In this document: positions 56,940 through 64,000 of the stretch, one piece after another
Layout: every line of letters starts with the position of its first letter
How positions within the stretch are numbered: position 1 is the stretch's first letter
From: an uncultured Candidatus Cloacimonadota bacterium
GTDB lineage: Bacteria; Cloacimonadota; Cloacimonadia; Cloacimonadales; WRIO01
Length of the DNA: 64,000 nt
Direction of reading: 5' to 3'
NCBI GenBank assembly: GCA_964573665.1
Contig: CAZNKI010000001.1
Coordinates: forward strand, 28,583-92,582
Program-made: the position numbers and the translations under genes
Notes under the pieces: generated by a model
The model's input: only the letters and a program-made list of their open reading frames with translations
Databases searched by the model: none
Told to the model about the DNA's origin: nothing

Positions 56940-58820
56940 ATGTTTAGTATCAAAAAGATAATCATAATAATTATTGGGGCGCTGGTAGTTTTTTTGGCTA
57001 CCGGTGCCTTTTTTTATACTGCCTATGGACAGCATCTGGAGTTTAAGGCATACGATTATCTTCAGCAAAAAAGCATTAAAAACAAAATCCAGTCAGATCA
57101 AATTGTAATTGTAGCAATCGATGATGAAACTTTTCAATCATTTGACATTCAATGGCCATTTCCACGTTCATATCATATCAAATTAATCGATAATTTAAAG
57201 AAGCTTGGTGCAAAACAAGTTATTTTTGATATAGAATTCGCTGAATCGCATCATCCACAGATAGATTACCAATTAGGTAAATCAGCAAAAGATCACTCAA
57301 ATGTTGTTTTAGCTGGAAAAATCTATCAAAACAGAGAAAATGATTATGTTTTAACGACTGTTCTTCCACCTGTTAAAGAAATCAGAGCATCAAAAATACC
57401 ATGGGGAATCGTCAATATGTCTACAGATCTTGATGGCTTTGTGCGACGTTATCCTCTTTTTCATCATGTGAATAATAAAATATTTTATTCATTAGCACTT
57501 CAATCTTATCTAATGTTAAATCATCAGGCAATAGTAGACTCTACAAATCTTTCACCGTTTGCAGAAACAATTATTCAATCTCTCCCATTAGTTTCATTAA
57601 ATGAGTTGCTTATCAACTATTATGGACCCCCAAAAAACTTTAAATATATTTCATATTCAAGTGTCGTTGATGATAGCAGTTTTAAAATGCCAATCGAAGA
57701 GTTTTTTGAAATTAATGATTTTTATTTTTTAAAAGAGACAGAAGTTTTCAAGGATAAAATTGTTTTTATAGGAGCCAGTGTTGATGAATTGAAAGATAAT
57801 TTTAATACACCCGTAAATCCAAAAAATCAATTAATGCCTGGAGTTGAAATTCATGCAAACATGATGCAAATGTTATTAGATCAAAATTATCTGTTTAAAG
57901 TCCCTGAAAAATTAATCAATGTATTTTATGTTTTATTATTAATAGTATTTTCTTTTATTTTTTATACATTCAAACCTCATCTGTCCTTAATCTTTGTTTT
58001 TGTTTCAATAATCGTTTATCTGGCTATAGTTTATATGTGTTTTTACTATCTTCATTGGGTTTTGCCAATTTTGATTTTTCCTGTAACTCTCGGATTTTTA
58101 TATATTGTTTATTTAGTATATCACTATTTAAAAGAAAACAAAGAGAAAAAGAATATTAAAAAAACTTTTCAGCACTATATGGCTCCAGCTCTTGTTAAAG
58201 AATTGTTAAAATCACCTGACAAACTTAAATATGGTGGCACACTTACAGAAATAACAGTTTTATTTTCAGATATTCGATCATTTACTACTTATACCGAATC
58301 TCATGCTGTAGAGGATACAGTTTCAATGCTAAGAGAGTATCTAACTGAAATGGTTAATATTATCATTAGCAACCAAGGAATATTGGATAAGTTTGTCGGT
58401 GATGAAGTGATGGCATTATTTAACACCCCTGTTCCTATAGAAAATCATGCTTTAAAGGCATGTGTTTGTGCTGTACAGATGATAGATAAATTGAGACAGC
58501 TACAAAAAAAATGGATATCAGAAGGTAAAGAAGCCATTGATATTGGTGTAGGAGTAAATACTGGTATGGCACTTGTTGGTAATCTTGGATCTGAACAAAT
58601 ATTTGATTATACAGCAATCGGTGATACAGTTAATCTTGGTGCAAGACTCGAAGCATTGAATAAAAATTATAAAACAAAGAATAACATAATTATCAGTGAG
58701 TTTACTCTAGAACATGTTAAAGATTATATTGAGTATGAATATTTAGATGAAGTTATTGTAAAAGGTAAAACTAAATCAATAAAAATTTATCAGTTAGTTT
58801 CTTTAAAGATTATTGAATAA
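56940..58820 (+). CDS. CHASE2-sensor class III adenylate/guanylate cyclase
   Basis: An N-terminal TM is followed by a periplasmic CHASE2-like region (IVIVAIDDETF...WPFPR) and 3 TM helices. The cyclase domain has VLFSDIRSFT, FVGDEVMALF and GDTVNLGARLE. Confidence 0.8.
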   Translation: MFSIKKIIIIIIGALVVFLATGAFFYTAYGQHLEFKAYDYLQQKSIKNKIQSDQIVIVAIDDETFQSFDIQWPFPRSYHIKLIDNLKKLGAKQVIFDIEFAESHHPQIDYQLGKSAKDHSNVVLAGKIYQNRENDYVLTTVLPPVKEIRASKIPWGIVNMSTDLDGFVRRYPLFHHVNNKIFYSLALQSYLMLNHQAIVDSTNLSPFAETIIQSLPLVSLNELLINYYGPPKNFKYISYSSVVDDSSFKMPIEEFFEINDFYFLKETEVFKDKIVFIGASVDELKDNFNTPVNPKNQLMPGVEIHANMMQMLLDQNYLFKVPEKLINVFYVLLLIVFSFIFYTFKPHLSLIFVFVSIIVYLAIVYMCFYYLHWVLPILIFPVTLGFLYIVYLVYHYLKENKEKKNIKKTFQHYMAPALVKELLKSPDKLKYGGTLTEITVLFSDIRSFTTYTESHAVEDTVSMLREYLTEMVNIIISNQGILDKFVGDEVMALFNTPVPIENHALKACVCAVQMIDKLRQLQKKWISEGKEAIDIGVGVNTGMALVGNLGSEQIFDYTAIGDTVNLGARLEALNKNYKTKNNIIISEFTLEHVKDYIEYEYLDEVIVKGKTKSIKIYQLVSLKIIE

Positions 58821-58832
58821 AATGAGGGAATT

Positions 58833-59771
58833 ATGACAGCAAAAATTATCGTATTATGTGGAGGCTTCTCAGAAGAAAAAGAAGTTTCAAAAAAATCAGC
58901 AACTGCAATAATCAATGCTTTGACTGATTTAACGTATCAAATTGAACGAGTAGATCCAGTAAATTATACTAACTACGGTGAATTAATCACTTATATTAAA
59001 TCTCAAAAACCACTTATTGTATTTAATGCTTTGCATGGCGCAGAGGGAGAAAATGGTCAGTTACAGGCACTTTTTGAACTTGAGAAAATACCCTATACTG
59101 GGTCAAATCATACATCGAGTGCTATTGCAATGAATAAGTATATTTCAACGCTTTTAGCACATTCTATTGGCATCCCTATTCCCAGACAAATTTTATTGAA
59201 GAAAGGAGAATCTCTTTCTAAACAGACGTTTGAGTATTTAGGATTTCCTTTTATAATAAAACCTAATGCAAATGGATCATCTGTTGGAGTACATATAGTT
59301 AAATCCGAAGATCAATTTGAAACGTCTATTAGTGATGCTTTTTTATATGACAATCAGGTGCTCTGTCAGCAGTTTATTCCAGGTCGCGAACTTACAGTAA
59401 GTATTCTTGGAGAAAGCACCCTTCCGATTGTCGAAATCAAGCCATTAGAGGGTTTTTATGATTATGAGAATAAATATACTAAAGGGAAAACAGAATATAT
59501 TTGTCCTGCACATTTTTCTCATGATCAAACAAATAAAGTCCAAGAATTTGCACTAAGAATCTTCAAGACTTGTGATTGCTCTGTATATGGTCGTGTAGAT
59601 TTTCGATTTGATGGAAATGATTTCTATTTTTTGGAAATAAATACCTTGCCAGGTATGACAGAATTAAGTTTAACTCCAATGGCTGCTAAAGCAGAAGAGA
59701 TCAGTTTTAATGAACTTATAAACAGTATAATTCATTCATCTTTAGAAAGAATTAAAAAAGAAATAATATAA
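58833..59771 (+). CDS. ddl: D-alanine--D-alanine ligase
   Basis: VLCGGFSEEKEVS, the ATP-grasp block IIKPNANGSSVGV, and LEINTLPGMT. Confidence 0.9.
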   Translation: MTAKIIVLCGGFSEEKEVSKKSATAIINALTDLTYQIERVDPVNYTNYGELITYIKSQKPLIVFNALHGAEGENGQLQALFELEKIPYTGSNHTSSAIAMNKYISTLLAHSIGIPIPRQILLKKGESLSKQTFEYLGFPFIIKPNANGSSVGVHIVKSEDQFETSISDAFLYDNQVLCQQFIPGRELTVSILGESTLPIVEIKPLEGFYDYENKYTKGKTEYICPAHFSHDQTNKVQEFALRIFKTCDCSVYGRVDFRFDGNDFYFLEINTLPGMTELSLTPMAAKAEEISFNELINSIIHSSLERIKKEII

Positions 59772-59867
59772 TGATGTTTATGTTTTTAATTATTTATTTA
59801 CTCTAAGAATACTTGATAATGGAACATTTTTTGCGTAAAAAAATAAAAAATACAATTAGGGGATGAT

Positions 59868-62800
59868 ATGAAAAAAGTAACATTTTTGACTTTAATGTTA
59901 TTTATTGTACTTTCATTATCTGCTGTAATAACTGAAACTGCTTCATTAAAAGCATTTTTATATGGTTCAGCACCGCAATGTCAGTATGATAACTGGTTAA
60001 GCCATGTTTCTGAAGGAATCGCTTTGGCCAACTATAATCTTTATGCACCATACGATGTTCAAACAAATGGGTTTGGAGATTATATAACTCCAACAGCTGC
60101 TCAGTTGACAGCCTGGGATACAATTGTCACTCTATTTATGCAAGGTGATTTTACAACAGCTGAGATTATTATCAGTGACAATGGATTTCCATATCAGATT
60201 GTAATTTTTAATGATACAGATACAAATCGTCAGTATCATATGCTTAGAGAGACACTTAATATGTCATATACTGACAATAATGGAACTCCTGATGATCCAA
60301 GTGATGATGAAATAGGCAGTTTTTCAAATGGCTGGGGGCTATATATAATTTCAACAACATCAAACAATCCAATAATTGTTAATGTTGTCCATCCTAATGA
60401 TGATTTTATGGTTACTCCTGTTGCATTAAAAGCATTTATTGACTGGGATGCCAAGTATTTTATGGTAGCAGGTGCGGGCAGAGAAGTAAAATGGACAAAT
60501 GTTACTCCATATACAAACTCAAAATCATTGAGTGATCCATCTCGAGTATCTGCTCATCCGTTTAATACTGTTTATAGAAAATTTTGTGATCAAATACGTA
60601 CGCAATATGGCAGACGAGAGTTTTCTGCACAAATTCATAGTTATGACTGGAATCGTCATGAAGGATATCCTAGTTTACAATTATCAGCTGGATATAACAA
60701 CCCCAATCCAAATTTGCCTATAAGAGATTTATCATCTTTAAAACTTGATGTAATCAATGCATCAGATTATGTTATTTTTCCAAGAAACAGTATAGGAATA
60801 CATTCTGAAGTTGATCTATTTGATTATTACGGTGTGCATTATTACAACAATCCTTTCACATATCAACTGGGAGACTCATTAATAGTGGTAAGTAACAATA
60901 TTGATCTTCCAGGATTTTCTCAGAATATTCAACAAAATTATACCTTAAGTGGTCTTACTGATAATGATGTTTATGACCCATTCTTTCATATAGAATTTGA
61001 TGAGCTTCCTAATTGTTATCCACAAAATGTTAATAATTATCATTGGTTTTATGCTTATGATGTTAGCTCTGGATCATTTAACCGAAATGCTCTTTTTGAA
61101 AGAGGTATTGAATTTTACTCAAAGTGGTTGGATGCCATGACAGAAATACTTCCATATACACTGCAACTTAATGATAATCTAATCCCAAGTACACCTCAGA
61201 ATCTTTCTTATGTCAATTCAGGTCAAACTTATATTCGATTATCATGGGAATCAATCGATTGTTTTGATTTTAAAACATATCAAATTCTTTATTCAACCTC
61301 ACCAATTACGGGAGATAATTATCAAATTTTCGATAGAACAAACAATACAGCTTTAGCTGATCCCAATTGTAATAAGATTAGCATTACCGGTTTACAAGCT
61401 GGACAGAACTATTATTTCAAAATTAGAGCACTCGATTATAATAATAATTATTCACAGGCATCTCAAGAACTCAATGCAAATACAGGATCAGCCGTTTTAG
61501 ATAATGTTACAGCATTTGCTGACTATGGAAAAATCGTTCTTAAATGGAGAGCCGTCAGCCAAATCAACAATCAAGGATTTAGGGTATATCGGAAAACTGA
61601 TGTGAGTGATTATGTTCAAATAGCTGATTGGAATTCACATTCATCTTTAGCTCCCAACACTGCAAGTTATGTCAATTACACCTTTGAGGATACTAATGTA
61701 ACAAATTACCTTACTTATACATATAAAATAGCTTATGTACATACTAACGGGAATGTGTTTTATCATTATGAAACACCTCTTGCACAATTACAACCTATAC
61801 ATACTCTTTATGTTAGAAACCAAAATGGTTCAATTGTTGATTCACTCCATTTTTCTAAGAATCCATTTGCAACTGATGGAAAAGATGCAAATTTTGATGT
61901 TGCAAAACCAACAACAACTTCTGGGAATTATATATGGGCAGGTCTTTATGAACAATACTGGTCATCAAATGGTGATTATCTTGGTAGAGAAGTATTTGGT
62001 GATTATGATGTAACAGAAAGTTATAAAATTTTCAGAGTTCTTATTAAATCAAATCAGTTAAGCGTTCCATTAGTAATTTCTGCATCAAATTCATTTAGCA
62101 GGAACTCGGAAAAATTATACATTAGAGAAATGTCTAATAATACCTACACTAATTTATTGAGTAATAATGCTCAGTTTACTGTAGCTAATACTAATTACAA
62201 AGAATTTTATCTTTATTGGGGAAATTTAAATCCATCTGTTAACGTTAATAATTCTCAGAATGTACTATATCAAGCTGGAGCTAATGCAACATTCTATTTT
62301 TCAACTACTTTCAACTTTTTAGTACAAAGCCATACTGTCTATATTAAAAACGAAACAGATAGTATTATTGTTGCTTCAAATTTGCCATTTAATGCCACTT
62401 CAGCATCATTTGTTATTCCAAACAATATCAATATGCCATATGCTAAAGTATATGTTAAAACGGTAGCTCTTGATGGTCAGATATATATAAAAGGATCATC
62501 TTACAATATTGGAATAGTACCATCAGTTTTGTCATTTTCTATTCCTGAGGGAAATTCTTTTGTGGCAAATCCATTTAACACATATCCAATAGAATTATCC
62601 TCTTTACCAGGCCAAAGTCTGTTATATACTTATGATAATCATCAATATACACAGAGTAATTCGATGATTTTTAATAAAGGCTATTTTGTTCATACAACAG
62701 ACTCATATACACAAAACTTTAATCAAAGTGTTTTGGCGTTTGCACAAAATCAAGTTGTAGTATCAGGATGGAATTTATTAGGAAATCCTCATTATTCAAC

Positions 62801-63779
62801 ATATAATACTAAAGATTTGCAATTCTATTATAATAATTCTATCTATAGTTTTGGTGAATTGGTTCAACAGAAAGTAATTTCTCCAGTTGTATATGTATGC
62901 AGAAATAATTCATACATTGTATCAGATTTTATCAATCCTCATGAATCATTTCTAATTTATACAAATTTAAATCCATCTCATACAATAAGTTGCTATTTTG
63001 TACCTTTCTATGACAAAGGTTTGCCAGTTGTAAGTAGCGAGATTGATTGGATTTCTTCAATATCAGCAACCCAAATTGATACAGATGAAATAAGATTTGG
63101 AATTTGTAATGTTAAAGATACTCCATTTTCATTTTACACTGATCTCCCAGAACCTCCTGTAAAGCCTGTAGAAAATCCATTATCTATGTATTTTTCAACA
63201 AATGAAGATTTTCTCTATGAAAAGATCAATCAATTATTGAAAACTCCTTTTAATAACGATATTGCTGAATTAAAGTCATGGGATTTTAATATGTCTGTTA
63301 ATTCTTTAACTCCAATAACATTCACAACAAATTTTGATGGATTACCTGAAAATTACAAATTGAAAATCATTATTGATGATATTGATTATTTATTCACTCC
63401 ATCAAATCCAAGTGTTACTTTTACTCCTCAGAATATTGGAGTTTTGTCTGGTGTTATTCAAGTCGGCAATCAACATGTTTCTAATGATAACCAAGTACAA
63501 AAACCATTTAGCGTTTCAATTTATCCAAATCCTTTTAATCCAACAACAAATATATCGTTTAATCTTCCTAAAGCTTCAGATGTTGAAATCAGCTTGTACA
63601 ATATAAAAGGCCAAAAAGTTAAAACGATAATCAATGATCATGTCAAGGCAGGTAATCACACATTTCAATGGAATGGTAGAGACTCAAAAGGAAATAACTG
63701 CTCTTCAGCAATTTATTTCTCAGTCATCAAGATAGATAATTCAGTTATAAGTGTAAAAAAGATTACATTGTTGAAATAA
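59868..63779 (+). CDS. Very large (1303-aa) surface protein with FN3-like repeats and T9SS C-terminal sorting domain
   Basis: It has a signal peptide and FN3-like segments (PQNLSYVNSGQTYIRLSWES...YYFKIRALD). The C-terminus reads IYPNPFNPTTNISFNL...LYNIKGQKV...WNGRDSKGNNCSSAIYF...KKITLLK. Confidence 0.8.
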   Translation: MKKVTFLTLMLFIVLSLSAVITETASLKAFLYGSAPQCQYDNWLSHVSEGIALANYNLYAPYDVQTNGFGDYITPTAAQLTAWDTIVTLFMQGDFTTAEIIISDNGFPYQIVIFNDTDTNRQYHMLRETLNMSYTDNNGTPDDPSDDEIGSFSNGWGLYIISTTSNNPIIVNVVHPNDDFMVTPVALKAFIDWDAKYFMVAGAGREVKWTNVTPYTNSKSLSDPSRVSAHPFNTVYRKFCDQIRTQYGRREFSAQIHSYDWNRHEGYPSLQLSAGYNNPNPNLPIRDLSSLKLDVINASDYVIFPRNSIGIHSEVDLFDYYGVHYYNNPFTYQLGDSLIVVSNNIDLPGFSQNIQQNYTLSGLTDNDVYDPFFHIEFDELPNCYPQNVNNYHWFYAYDVSSGSFNRNALFERGIEFYSKWLDAMTEILPYTLQLNDNLIPSTPQNLSYVNSGQTYIRLSWESIDCFDFKTYQILYSTSPITGDNYQIFDRTNNTALADPNCNKISITGLQAGQNYYFKIRALDYNNNYSQASQELNANTGSAVLDNVTAFADYGKIVLKWRAVSQINNQGFRVYRKTDVSDYVQIADWNSHSSLAPNTASYVNYTFEDTNVTNYLTYTYKIAYVHTNGNVFYHYETPLAQLQPIHTLYVRNQNGSIVDSLHFSKNPFATDGKDANFDVAKPTTTSGNYIWAGLYEQYWSSNGDYLGREVFGDYDVTESYKIFRVLIKSNQLSVPLVISASNSFSRNSEKLYIREMSNNTYTNLLSNNAQFTVANTNYKEFYLYWGNLNPSVNVNNSQNVLYQAGANATFYFSTTFNFLVQSHTVYIKNETDSIIVASNLPFNATSASFVIPNNINMPYAKVYVKTVALDGQIYIKGSSYNIGIVPSVLSFSIPEGNSFVANPFNTYPIELSSLPGQSLLYTYDNHQYTQSNSMIFNKGYFVHTTDSYTQNFNQSVLAFAQNQVVVSGWNLLGNPHYSTYNTKDLQFYYNNSIYSFGELVQQKVISPVVYVCRNNSYIVSDFINPHESFLIYTNLNPSHTISCYFVPFYDKGLPVVSSEIDWISSISATQIDTDEIRFGICNVKDTPFSFYTDLPEPPVKPVENPLSMYFSTNEDFLYEKINQLLKTPFNNDIAELKSWDFNMSVNSLTPITFTTNFDGLPENYKLKIIIDDIDYLFTPSNPSVTFTPQNIGVLSGVIQVGNQHVSNDNQVQKPFSVSIYPNPFNPTTNISFNLPKASDVEISLYNIKGQKVKTIINDHVKAGNHTFQWNGRDSKGNNCSSAIYFSVIKIDNSVISVKKITLLK

Positions 63780-63787
63780 AATTATAA

Positions 63788-63812
63788 AAGCCCTCAGAAA
63801 TGAGGGCTTTTT
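63788..63812 (+). terminator. Rho-independent terminator
   Basis: AAGCCCTCA-GAAA-TGAGGGCTT followed by a T-run. Confidence 0.8.
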
Positions 63813-63936
63813 CATTTTTGCTTGACAGAAAAATGATCTTCCCTTATATTTGAATAATAAATGGAGGTGAATTATCAGGTCTACTAAACAAAAAACAAAA
63901 AAGAAATTAAACAAATATTTAGGATTATCTATAAAT

Positions 63937-64000
63937 TTGATATCAAAACGCTCAATATTCTTCCTTCTATTGATCTTCTATACTTTTTCATTAAGCTGCC
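63937..64000 (+). CDS. Start of a putative lipoprotein gene (runs off the window)
   Basis: The frame is open from 63871 to the window end. A TTG at 63937 would give MISKRSIFFLLLIFYTFSLSC (signal peptide plus lipobox). The start codon is uncertain because there is no in-frame ATG. Confidence 0.3.
   Translation, partial: MISKRSIFFLLLIFYTFSLSC

Overview
AT-rich bacterial chromosomal window, tightly packed with about 55 protein genes, no rRNA, tRNA or CRISPR, and one striking gene-free island. The gene content includes glutamate formimidoyltransferase-cyclodeaminase, arginine deiminase, monomeric [FeFe]-hydrogenase HydA with the HydF maturase, sigma-54 activators, and four proteins ending in the YPNPFNPTTNI-type T9SS C-terminal sorting domain. 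This fits an anaerobic, amino-acid-fermenting, H2-producing FCB-group organism such as Cloacimonadota; that is inference only, no search was possible. Housekeeping genes recognised: htpG, arcA, hup, dxr, uvrD/pcrA, ispG, ddl, a prepilin peptidase, an Omp85/BamA-like protein and a WecA/MraY-family transferase. Two regions deserve real follow-up. (1) 16131-25513 is a ten-gene, same-strand, overlapping-stop/start cluster next to hydF/hydA. It encodes four ferredoxin-domain (CxxCxxCxxxC) proteins with Sec or lipoprotein signals and no twin-arginine motif, one of them carrying a T9SS sorting domain. It also encodes a NapH-type membrane polyferredoxin, a CxxxC(S)P DsbD_2-like membrane protein, an outer-membrane barrel, a sigma-54 response regulator, and two TPR histidine-kinase paralogues with reciprocal defects (one lacks the phospho-acceptor His, the other the ATP-lid boxes). 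I read this as a candidate non-cytochrome, trans-envelope Fe-S redox module. (2) 7132-10624 is a 3.5 kb island without credible ORFs. It holds a perfectly phased 14 x 22-bp tandem array with a dyad-symmetric ACATTTTGT core. It also holds four copies (two on each strand) of a GC-rich, hairpin-rich element of roughly 300-350 nt built from conserved blocks, and a 515-bp near-identical tandem duplication. This is either a structured ncRNA family or MITE-like elements. All coordinates of small motifs were hand-counted and may be off by 1-2 nt. No database search, fold calculation or statistics could be run.
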